Part shown: piece by piece, positions 39,632 to 47,341 of the stretch
How the letters are laid out: each line of letters begins with the position of its first letter
How positions within the stretch are numbered: the first letter of the stretch is position 1
Assembly (NCBI GenBank): GCA_963841915.1
Contig: CAWJEN010000006.1
Location: forward strand, 512,001 to 576,000
Length of the DNA stretch: 64,000 bases
Direction: 5' to 3'
Source: an uncultured Planctomycetota bacterium
Lineage (GTDB): Bacteria > Planctomycetota > Phycisphaerae > Tepidisphaerales > Tepidisphaeraceae
Translations under genes and position numbers: made by a program
Notes under the pieces: model-generated
What the model was told of the DNA's origin: nothing
Seen by the model: only the letters and a program-made list of their open reading frames with translations
Databases searched by the model: none

Positions 39632-39762
39632 CCAGAGGAACGCGAAGGCAAGGAGGAGCGAAGGTCCGCAAAGCAGGAGAAGAAGGGGTCAGAGTTTCTC
39701 TCTCTGATCCTTCTGGCATTCTTTGCGGACCTTCGCTCCTTCGCGCTTTCGCGTTCCTCTGG
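39632..39762. repeat. Long imperfect palindromic element (intergenic copy)
   Basis: 42-bp arms at 39632-39673 and 39721-39762 with 4 mismatches, plus an inner stem; related to 58310..58428. Confidence 0.85.
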
Positions 39763-39769
39763 GCGACAC

Positions 39770-41032
39770 TCACCGCACGCCGTTGTACAGGAACAGCATC
39801 CGTGGCGACGACGCCTCGTGCAGCAACTCCACGGCCAGCGACTTGGCCGACTCGGCGTCGAGCTTCAGCTCCGGTGCCGTCGCCAGGCCAAGTGCCTCCA
39901 AAGCCGTCGGTTGGCGGTCGTAGCGGACGATGTGCGGCTTGGTCAAACCGGCCGTTGTGGCGGCAAATCCTGTCGCGTCATCAAGAAAGCCCAACTGGTC
40001 GACCAACCCTAGATCAACCGCCCGCTGGCCGACGAAGACAGCGCCGCTGGCGACTTCGTCAAGTGTCGCGCCTGCCGACGTGATCTGCCCGCCGCGACCC
40101 GCTTCGACGACAGCGCGGAACAGGTCGTACTGCTCGTTCAACAATGCTTTGACGTCGCTCAAATCCTGTTCGTCGGGCTCGGCGAAGGTGTCGAGGAAGT
40201 CCTTCCGCGGCGAGCCGTCGGCGACGATCGTCTGCAGCTTGATGCCCGTTTTCTCCGCAAAACCGCTCAACTGCGGGTACTGGATCAACACGCCGATGCT
40301 GCCGGTGATGGTCGTCTCCTCGGCAAAGATGGTGTCGGCGGCGCAGGCGATGTAGTACCCGCCGCTGGCGGCAACGTCGTCGAAGTGGACGATGACCGGC
40401 ACTTGTTTGTCAGCCTTGAAGTCGAGCAACGCCTGGTACATCTGGTTGCTGTCGGTCACGGTGCCGCCCGGGCTGCTGACGTCGATGACGATCGCCTTGA
40501 CGTTGTTGTCCTTTGCCGCCGTCGCCAGGTGGCGGCGAAACAGCTTTTCCGTCTCGTCGACGATGAGGCCACGCACGGGAATGACGGCCACGGTTTCGGC
40601 GCGGTCACCGGTGGACACGACGTTTTGCACCACCGCGTCCGTGCTGCTCGAGCTGGCCGCGCCGACGACGGCGGCGATCAGAAACAGCCCGACGAGCACG
40701 ATGCCCACGAACGTTCCGACCGCCAGGAGCGTCAGCAGGATGGGTCGCCACTTGTTCGGCTTCTTGGGCGGCATGCCGTACCCGCCGGGCATCGGGGCAA
40801 ACCCCATCGGCGGAAACCCGGGTGGGGGCGGTGGCGGAAATCCTGGTGGACGCGGTGGCATCTGACCCGCCTGAGGTGGTGTCGGTGCACCGCGCGGCGG
40901 TGGGGCCTGGCCTGTAATCGGTGGCATCGGTGGTGAGCCCGGTGGACGCAACGCCCCACGCGGATCAACCGGTGGTTGCCCCGCACCCGGTGGCGGCGGA
41001 ACGGGTGCGCCTTCTTCGTGCTGCGTCGACAT
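39770..41032 (-). CDS. sppA: Signal peptide peptidase SppA (short S49 type) with Pro-rich N-terminus
   Basis: SSPGG, VAASGGYYIA, TGSIGV, GLVDQLG; one TM. Confidence 0.9.
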   Translation of the reverse strand: MSTQHEEGAPVPPPPGAGQPPVDPRGALRPPGSPPMPPITGQAPPPRGAPTPPQAGQMPPRPPGFPPPPPPGFPPMGFAPMPGGYGMPPKKPNKWRPILLTLLAVGTFVGIVLVGLFLIAAVVGAASSSSTDAVVQNVVSTGDRAETVAVIPVRGLIVDETEKLFRRHLATAAKDNNVKAIVIDVSSPGGTVTDSNQMYQALLDFKADKQVPVIVHFDDVAASGGYYIACAADTIFAEETTITGSIGVLIQYPQLSGFAEKTGIKLQTIVADGSPRKDFLDTFAEPDEQDLSDVKALLNEQYDLFRAVVEAGRGGQITSAGATLDEVASGAVFVGQRAVDLGLVDQLGFLDDATGFAATTAGLTKPHIVRYDRQPTALEALGLATAPELKLDAESAKSLAVELLHEASSPRMLFLYNGVR

Positions 41033-41256
41033 CGCCTTCACGATAGCGCGCCCGCAATGCTCCTCTTCGTCATTAACAGGGCAGCGAAGCCGATCGACTT
41101 CGTCGGCGACGCACGACGGGGCGTTGGGCATGAACTGCGCCAGTGGGCAAGGTGCCTCGGCTGCGCCCGGGATGGCCGATAGTTACTTCGCGGTGTGTCC
41201 CGGGCGGGTGCGCACGCCGATCACCGACCCGGAGCACCGTCGAGACTGACGAGCCC

Positions 41257-42618
41257 TCAGCGTCGCAATTGCTCCAACAACGCCTGACCCGCGGCGGCGG
41301 CTCGCCAACCGCTCAGGACCGGAAGGTCCTCCATCGCCTCGCCCCGGCTCATCTGCCGCACGACCGTCTCGACGTCTCGGCGGCTGGCGAGCAGGTTCGG
41401 GTCGAGCCCTTTGGCGTACGCGATGCTTTGTAAGATCGCCCACGCGGCGTCCGTGTCGAACTTGTCCCGCAGCGTCGGCTCGTAAGGCTCATTCTCGTGG
41501 TCCTCGCGGTCGGCGTCCAATCCGCGAGCCACCGCATCGAGCATCATCTGCCCGTACTCCTCGGCAATCGGGCGTGGCATGTGCCGAATTTCGGCCAGCG
41601 ACTTGATCGACTTGGGCGGGTGACGGGCGATGCCGACCAGCACTTCGTCCTTGACCACCGCCCGCGGCGGCAGGTCCATCGCGCGGGCGGTCGTGTCTCG
41701 CCACGTCGCCAGTTCTCGAACGATCGGCCGCCCGTGACCGTTCAGCCCGCTGTACCCCTTGAGCCGCGCCCACGGTGCCTCGTTGACGTCGTGAAGCGCC
41801 TTGCGGCACCGACGCTCACACTCGGCGACCGCCCAGTCGTGTCGCTCGTCATCAAGCTGGCTCTCGATCCAGCTCAAGATGAGCGGCAAATACCGCACGT
41901 CGTCGGCGGCGTAGCTGAGCTGCTTGCCGCTGAGCGGCCGCTCGTCCCACTGGGTGAACGTGTAGCCCTTGCCCAGCTTGAGTCCGCCGTCCGGATCGAT
42001 GCCATCGATGGCGACGGTCGAGACGTACTCGACGAGCTTGCCGAGGCTCGCCGGGAAGGGCAGGCCGCAGAAGCCGGCAGCGATCTGCGTGTCCCAGACG
42101 TTGGCCGGGGCTTTGCCGGTCAGCCGTGCGACGGGACCCAGATCCTGCTCGCCGGCATGAACGATCTTTTCGATCGCCGGATCGACCATGAGCTGCCAGA
42201 ACGGCGTCAGGTCGATTTCGGCAAGCGGATCGATGAGTGCGACCTGCCGAGGCGTGGCGACCTGTATCAGGCAGAGCTTGGGGTCGTAGGTCGACTCACC
42301 GATGAATTCGGTGTCGAAGGCGAAGCGGGCCGGGCTGCCGTCGTCACCGGGTCTGGCGAGGTCTTCGAGCACGGCCGAAAGGGCCTCAGTGTCGCTGATC
42401 AGGCTGGCCTTGCCGGTCGGAACGAGTCTGTTTTCGCCGAGTTGCTTCTTGACGCCACGCCGTTTGAGTTCGTCAGCCGGGTTGCTGTGGGCTTCTTCGT
42501 GCCTGCCGCGGCGGTGTCGTGAGCGCACGCTGCGGAGTCGGTCGGCCACACGTTCCATGCTCGCATCGCTGGGCGATGAGACGTCGGATGGGCGAGGATC
42601 AAGTTTGGCTTCAGACAC
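41257..42618 (-). CDS. rnd: Ribonuclease D (DEDDy exonuclease plus HRDC)
   Basis: FDTEF, LCLIQ, HAGEQDL, DTQIAA, W..RPL, YAADDVRYL, HRDC region; start uncertain (GTG 42618 or ATG 42559). Confidence 0.9.
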   Translation of the reverse strand: MSEAKLDPRPSDVSSPSDASMERVADRLRSVRSRHRRGRHEEAHSNPADELKRRGVKKQLGENRLVPTGKASLISDTEALSAVLEDLARPGDDGSPARFAFDTEFIGESTYDPKLCLIQVATPRQVALIDPLAEIDLTPFWQLMVDPAIEKIVHAGEQDLGPVARLTGKAPANVWDTQIAAGFCGLPFPASLGKLVEYVSTVAIDGIDPDGGLKLGKGYTFTQWDERPLSGKQLSYAADDVRYLPLILSWIESQLDDERHDWAVAECERRCRKALHDVNEAPWARLKGYSGLNGHGRPIVRELATWRDTTARAMDLPPRAVVKDEVLVGIARHPPKSIKSLAEIRHMPRPIAEEYGQMMLDAVARGLDADREDHENEPYEPTLRDKFDTDAAWAILQSIAYAKGLDPNLLASRRDVETVVRQMSRGEAMEDLPVLSGWRAAAAGQALLEQLRR

Positions 42619-42750
42619 AGCAAAACAGGGCACAGCCGGCCGGGCCGCCGGCACCACGTCAGGAATGCCACGCCCGAGTGGGTGCAGCAGCTTTAACCTA
42701 ATCCCAATCTGCCCGATATGCAAACGGCCAAACGGGCCGCCAGCCGTGCC

Positions 42751-42818
42751 CAAGATGCCACGCCCCACAAGGTGCCACGGCCTAGAAGGTGCCACGGCCC
42801 ACAAGGTGCCACGGCTCG
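42751..42818. repeat. Tandem array, 4 x 17 bp (consensus CAAGGTGCCACGGCCCA)
   Basis: Units start at 42751, 42768, 42785 and 42802. Confidence 0.85.
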
Positions 42819-42900
42819 TGCCGCGTTCTGACGCGGCCGACCGGTGTCGGGGAGGGCGTTGGCCGAACACGGTCTCGGACACGGGTTGCCCGCCGCAGAC

Positions 42901-42992
42901 GGCGGCTCAATCCGTGGCACCAAGGCGGCCCAAACCGGGTCACCGGGGCGGCTCCATCCGTGGCACCAAGGCGGCTCAAACCGGGGCACCCC
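42901..42992. repeat. Tandem array, 4 x 23 bp (GGCGGCTCAATCCGTGGCACCAA-like, ABAB pattern)
   Basis: Units start at 42901, 42924, 42947 and 42970; core CCGTGGCACC is the reverse complement of the 17-bp array core. Confidence 0.85.
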
Positions 42993-43027
42993 GGCAGGAT
43001 CCGGGCGTCTGCAAGCCGTCCGGTGGG

Positions 43028-44137
43028 TCAGGCGGTCGCAGTTTCGATGACGTCGACGAGCCGCTTTTCGGGGCGGTCCTGCCACCGTTTGCCGTGCCAG
43101 GCGTAGCCGGCAACGAGCGGCATCGCAACCGTCGCCTCACTGAAGACCATTTGCTCTTCTGCCACGTCGACCTTGCCCCAGCTGCAGGCCTCCTTGAGCG
43201 TTGACGACGACAGGGCACCGTCGCGCACGTCGGCGACGGTGATCTGGACGGCGTATTTGTGCATCGTCGGCTCCTTGCCGAAAATGTCGGCCGCGACGGC
43301 GATGTCCTGGGCGTAGTTCTTGGGCACGCCTCCGCCGATCATGAAGAGGCCGGTCGAGGGGTTCTTGTCCTTGACGAGGCACAGCTCGTAGAAGTCGCGG
43401 ACGGCGTCGAGGGTGAACATGGAGCTTTCGCCCGCTTTCATGCGACGCATCTGGTGCTGGATCATGCCGAAGCCGGCCGAGCAGTCGGCACCGGCGGGCA
43501 GGAAGATCGGCACGCCTCTCTTGTAGGCGGTGTGGACGATCGATCGGCCGTCGCCCTTGACGCCGACCTTGTCGAGGTGTTTGCCGAGTTCGCCGAGGTA
43601 TTCGCGTGAGGAGTAGGGGCGTGGCTCGAGTTCGTCGCAGATCTCGCCGCACAGGTCGTCGCAGACGCGGAGTTCTTCCTCGTCGATGAAGGTGTCGTAG
43701 ATGCGGTCGATCATCAGCTCTCGGAGCTGGTCGTCCCAGACGCCCGACTTGTAGCGATCGTCGGCGACGTAGTGCTTGAAGCCGAGGGCCTCGAAGAAGT
43801 CCTGGTCGACGATGTTGGCGCCGGTCGAGACGATGGCATCGACCATGTTGGCCTCGAGCAGGTCGACGATGACGTGCTTCATTCCGGCCGAGATGAGGCT
43901 GCCGGCGAGCGTGAGGATGCAGGCGCACTCCGCGTCGCCGGTCATGTCATCGAGGATGCGTGCGGCCCGGGCAAGGTCACGGCCGCTGAAGGCGGTGTCG
44001 GCCATCTGGTCGACGACGGGCCGGATGTCGACCGTCTTCATGTCGAAGTGCTTGATCGGCCGGGCGAGCAGCTCCGAGCGTGGCGGCAGGGGGGACGGCG
44101 GACCAAAATCGGCGGCGGTTTCTTTGACGCGGGACAT
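43028..44137 (-). CDS. Deoxyhypusine synthase-family protein (probable homospermidine synthase type)
   Basis: TLAGSLISAG, STGAN, DRIYD, GGGVPKN, DGALSSSTLKEACSWGKV, SEAT. Confidence 0.88.
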   Translation of the reverse strand: MSRVKETAADFGPPSPLPPRSELLARPIKHFDMKTVDIRPVVDQMADTAFSGRDLARAARILDDMTGDAECACILTLAGSLISAGMKHVIVDLLEANMVDAIVSTGANIVDQDFFEALGFKHYVADDRYKSGVWDDQLRELMIDRIYDTFIDEEELRVCDDLCGEICDELEPRPYSSREYLGELGKHLDKVGVKGDGRSIVHTAYKRGVPIFLPAGADCSAGFGMIQHQMRRMKAGESSMFTLDAVRDFYELCLVKDKNPSTGLFMIGGGVPKNYAQDIAVAADIFGKEPTMHKYAVQITVADVRDGALSSSTLKEACSWGKVDVAEEQMVFSEATVAMPLVAGYAWHGKRWQDRPEKRLVDVIETATA

Positions 44138-44302
44138 GCGGCCGCACGATATGGCGGCCGCGGCGGCGCATGCGATCTGATACCGCAAAGGCTCGCTTCA
44201 CTGACGACCCGCCGCGTGCGGCGCATGCAGGATCAGGTTCAGTGGCGTTGCTTTCACCCGCAACGCCGACGACCCGCCAACGGAGTCGGCGGGTCGTAAA
44301 GC

Positions 44303-44318
44303 TGTTCCACGTGGAACA
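44303..44318. promoter_or_regulatory. parS site
   Basis: Perfect palindrome TGTTCCACGTGGAACA matching the ParB consensus TGTTNCACGTGNAACA. Confidence 0.9.
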
Positions 44319-44375
44319 TTTCGAGGTGTCGGGAGAGCAGAAACCTTCGCCACGAACGGCAAACCGGGTCGAGAA

Positions 44376-44391
44376 TGTTCCACGTGGAACA
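44376..44391. promoter_or_regulatory. parS site
   Basis: TGTTCCACGTGGAACA; palindrome extends to AATGTTCCACGTGGAACATT. Confidence 0.9.
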
Positions 44392-44434
44392 TTTGCCCCT
44401 TGCCAAACCTCATGTGGCCGCCGCGGCGCAGCGC

Positions 44435-45424
44435 TTAAGCGAGCACGGCGACAAGTTCTTCCAGATCGCGACGTTGTGGATCGTGGGGCTCACGCTCGAG
44501 ATAGGCCGTCAGCCACCGGGCGGCTTGGCGTTGCTGACCGATGCGGGCGAGGACGAGGCCGAGATCGCGGCACAGGTGCGGCTGATCGGGCCACAGGAGC
44601 AGCTCGAGTTCGAGCATTGCGGCGACGTCTTCGTGCCGACCGTCAGCGGTGAAGGTCTGCAGGAGGTTCTGGATGAGTCGCGTGACCCAGTGGCGGTGCG
44701 TGACGGGTCGGAGCATGTCCTCGTCGAAGCCCGTCTCGGGGCCGGCACAGGCGGCGACACGTTCCATCGCATCGCGGTCGTCGAGCAGTCGGCCGCCGTC
44801 GTAGCAGTCGACCATCGTCCGGCCGCCGATGTCCAGGCCGGCGACGAAGTGGCCTGGTAGTCCAACGCCCCAGGCGTCGAGGCCGAGCCGACCGGCCACG
44901 AGCTTGTAGACCAACGCCAGCGTGATCGGCAGGCCGCGACGCGACTCCAACACGGCAGGCAGGCACGAGTTGTCCAGGTGGTAGTAATCTCCGGGATTAC
45001 CACGGAAACCGGCGACATCGAAGAGCGCCCGGTGAACGTGGGCGGCGACGGCCTGCGGGTTGATGGCGGCACGCTTGCGGGTGGCGTCGATCCCGCCGAA
45101 CGGCTCGGCGGCGTCGCGGCAAAGGGTTGCGAGCATCTCTTCGGATGAGGCGATGTCGGCACCAGGTCGAAGGTGCAGCGCGACGGCGTTCATGGCGGCG
45201 AGCAAGCCGTCGTCGCTGTCGAGCGGGCGACGGTCCTTGTCACCGCCGCACGCTTGGGCGGCCATGAGGTCGAAGGCGTCGGGCGCGCAGCACGTGGGTG
45301 CGAAAGGCGCGTTGGACTTGGAGCGGGCGGACGACTTGCGACGCGCCGGCTTGGCCGGTTGGTCGGCGGTCGTCGAGGCAGCGGTGTCGGCAGCGGCGGT
45401 ATCGGCTGGCTTGCGGCGGGGCAT
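44435..45424 (-). CDS. SirB1-family transglutaminase-like protein with C-terminal TPR
   Basis: GFRGN..DYY..DNS.L..VLESRRGLPITL, GVGLPGHF, RDLGL TPR. Confidence 0.88.
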   Translation of the reverse strand: MPRRKPADTAAADTAASTTADQPAKPARRKSSARSKSNAPFAPTCCAPDAFDLMAAQACGGDKDRRPLDSDDGLLAAMNAVALHLRPGADIASSEEMLATLCRDAAEPFGGIDATRKRAAINPQAVAAHVHRALFDVAGFRGNPGDYYHLDNSCLPAVLESRRGLPITLALVYKLVAGRLGLDAWGVGLPGHFVAGLDIGGRTMVDCYDGGRLLDDRDAMERVAACAGPETGFDEDMLRPVTHRHWVTRLIQNLLQTFTADGRHEDVAAMLELELLLWPDQPHLCRDLGLVLARIGQQRQAARWLTAYLEREPHDPQRRDLEELVAVLA

Positions 45425-45566
45425 AAGCGGCGGTCGTTTGGGCGGGCGGCCGGCCACACACATGGCCGTCTCCACACGCCATCGGCGTTTGGGCCGTCGT
45501 GCCTGCAGCACGACCGATAGCTGCGCTTGATTCGCCCGAAGAGGCCGCTAGCCTTGCCACCGCGAA

Positions 45567-45638
45567 TCGGCAGTAGCTCAGCGGTAGAGCAGTCGGCTGT
45601 TAACCGACCGGTCGAAGGTTCGAATCCTTCCTGCCGAG
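45567..45638 (+). tRNA. tRNA-Asn (GTT); CCA not encoded
   Basis: Cloverleaf: TCGGCAG/CTGCCGA acceptor stem, GCTC/GAGC D stem, GTCGG-CTGTTAA-CCGAC anticodon arm, GAAGG-TTCGAAT-CCTTC T arm. Confidence 0.97.
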
Positions 45639-45706
45639 TTTCAGGAGCGGCAACGCGAGTTCCCCTCGCCGCTCCTCGAACCTCTTCAAGCACCAAAACA
45701 ACGACG

Positions 45707-45722
45707 CGTTCCACGTGGAACG
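45707..45722. promoter_or_regulatory. parS-like site (variant)
   Basis: CGTTCCACGTGGAACG within a 20-bp palindrome at 45705-45724. Confidence 0.75.
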
Positions 45723-45755
45723 CGCCGCGTCTCTCGTCTGCTTGCAGCCCCGTCG

Positions 45756-46835
45756 CTACTCCGTCTCGGTGTTGGCCTGATCCACGAGGGCGGGTATGGC
45801 CGTCGGGTCGAACCAGCGTTGCCGTGCGACGATGGTGCCGTCGGGCTTGACGACGATGGCAAAATCACCCGCCTGACCGTCGGCGATGTGCTCCAGCAAA
45901 ACATCGTCCATCGTGTCGAGTACCACCGTCACGCCCGGGCGATTCGTCGGAAGCCGCTCGCGAACCACCCGGGCGGCGGCGACGCGATCATCGGCGGAGG
46001 CGTGCTGCGGGATTGAAATATTCTCCTCTTCGTTTCGGGCAACACCGCCGTCGGGGTGGCGCTCGCGGGTGTAGACGACCACGAGGTCTGCCTGCCGATC
46101 AGTCGAATCGCGAAGTTGATCGATCAGCCAAGGCAGGTCGGCCACCCGATCGCGGAACGACGGGGCCGACCAGGACCCCAAGACAAAGATCGTCGGCCGA
46201 TGCTCGGCCAACAGGTCACCGAGCGTGACGTCGTTACCTGTTCCGGTCAGAAGCGCCATGTCGGCCGGTAGCGGCTTCATCACGCCGCCACGGAGTCGGT
46301 CGGCAAAGCGGGACGGCATGGGTGCCTCGTCCACCGACGCTGCCTTATCGCCGAAGCCACCGCTGCCACGGACGTTCTCGGGCATCTTGGCTTCGTTGCC
46401 CTCGGGCATGTTCTGCCGGCGGTTGGGGTCCCGCCTGTCGCCTTGCTTGCGGGCGGCCTGCATCTTGGCTTGCAGCGCCTTCTGCTGGTTGGGCGTCAGG
46501 ATGTCGCCCAAATCGGTGCGAAAGCGGACGAACCGCTCGCGGGCGGCCTTGGTGCGGGCTCGGCGGTCGTCGCCGTGCGTGTCGTTGATGTTCTTGAGGT
46601 CGGCCTGAAGATCCTTAACCTTGCCGCGAAGCTCGACTTGCTGGTCCTCCGTGAGGTCAAGGCCTTGCACCAGCTCGATCACTTGTCGCAGATACCTGCC
46701 GCCTTGGCCCTGAAGGTTGGAACGACGCTGCTCGGCTGCGGGCCGTGTTGCCGGTTTCGTCGTCTGGGCTGACGCGACGCTTCCGGCAACGAGCGTGGCA
46801 GCGAGGGTGAGCGGTAAAAGCAGGTTGCGTGTCAT
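45756..46835 (-). CDS. Exported protein: Spy/CpxP-like LTxxQ helical region plus iodothyronine-deiodinase-like thioredoxin fold
   Basis: Signal peptide; LDLTEDQ and ILTPNQ motifs; RPTIFVLGSWSAPSF, VYTRERHP, IPQHASADDRVAAA, VVLDTMDD. Confidence 0.7.
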   Translation of the reverse strand: MTRNLLLPLTLAATLVAGSVASAQTTKPATRPAAEQRRSNLQGQGGRYLRQVIELVQGLDLTEDQQVELRGKVKDLQADLKNINDTHGDDRRARTKAARERFVRFRTDLGDILTPNQQKALQAKMQAARKQGDRRDPNRRQNMPEGNEAKMPENVRGSGGFGDKAASVDEAPMPSRFADRLRGGVMKPLPADMALLTGTGNDVTLGDLLAEHRPTIFVLGSWSAPSFRDRVADLPWLIDQLRDSTDRQADLVVVYTRERHPDGGVARNEEENISIPQHASADDRVAAARVVRERLPTNRPGVTVVLDTMDDVLLEHIADGQAGDFAIVVKPDGTIVARQRWFDPTAIPALVDQANTETE

Positions 46836-46918
46836 GAGCTTGAGGAGAAGGGCCACAACGCACAACGCCGAAGCGGCACGAGCTATTGCAGTCGATCATT
46901 CTTCTGCTGGTGCCGGTC

Positions 46919-46958
46919 AAAAAAAGTGCCGCCCGGGTGGGGGAAAAACCCGGGCGGC
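46919..46958 (-). terminator. Rho-independent terminator (minus strand)
   Basis: 11-bp perfect stem GCCGCCCGGGT/ACCCGGGCGGC followed on the minus strand by AC and 7 U; no minus-strand CDS ends upstream of it. Confidence 0.8.
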
Positions 46959-47110
46959 GGTAGGCCGAGGGCGCTGGACGGAAAGGGGAAATTCCGACCA
47001 GCGAGGGGGCATCCCTCGGCCGAATCTGAACAAGATGTCTCCGCTGCACCGTCTTGAGTTCCCGCCTTCTAAAGCTGCGTCTGACTGGGGCGACACAGTA
47101 CGGAGGTAAT
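46919..47110 (-). ncRNA. Candidate small regulatory RNA with C-rich loops
   Basis: Orphan terminator, nested hairpin at 46963-47021 and sigma28-like promoter at 47145-47118; not matched to a known family. Confidence 0.55.
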
Positions 47111-47117
47111 TCGTTTA

Positions 47118-47145
47118 CTATCGATAATTCGTTCGTGATGGCTGA
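47118..47145 (-). promoter_or_regulatory. Sigma28-like promoter for the candidate sRNA
   Basis: TCAG-N16-ATCGATAG on minus strand; overlaps direct repeats TAATTCGTT at 47107 and 47125. Confidence 0.35.
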
Positions 47146-47341
47146 AACAGGGGATCGTTTTGCCATAGCAGCAGCAGGTGCAGGCGCAATGCGAAGCGGC
47201 GCAGGACTTCATCCGTGGGCGACCAACGTCGGCCTGATCCGACCGCTGCGACAAAGGAATACGATCTGTATGTCAAGCGATGCCGTACGACTTGCCAACG
47301 CATCGCCACAATCGCACGCCATAACCCTGTCACAGCCTGCC

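Noticed and set aside
41257..42882. Long N-terminal extensions in the ORF track (rnd to 42882, GNAT to 2400, 27132 gene to 28091, PilZ protein to 49942, 47054 start)
   Set aside because: Extensions run through repeats, promoters or neighbouring genes; downstream starts fit the domain boundaries better
42751..42992. Possible CRISPR array
   Set aside because: Units are directly tandem (17 and 23 bp) with no unique spacers, and there are no cas genes in the window
44204..44297. Guanidine-II (mini-ykkC) riboswitch
   Set aside because: The ACGA tetramers are part of stems, not tetraloops closing two hairpins
45567..45760. tRNA-Asn as the attachment site of an integrated element
   Set aside because: No integrase nearby and no duplicated tRNA 3' end noticed in the window
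46161..46172. Selenocysteine (TGA) read-through in the deiodinase-like protein
   Set aside because: The active-site codon is GCC (Ala); there is no in-frame TGA
46925..47210. CsrB/RsmZ-like RNA on the plus strand (GGA-containing loops)
   Set aside because: Terminator polarity (A-run left of the stem) indicates a minus-strand transcript, and few canonical ANGGA loops are present; not fully excluded without RNA data
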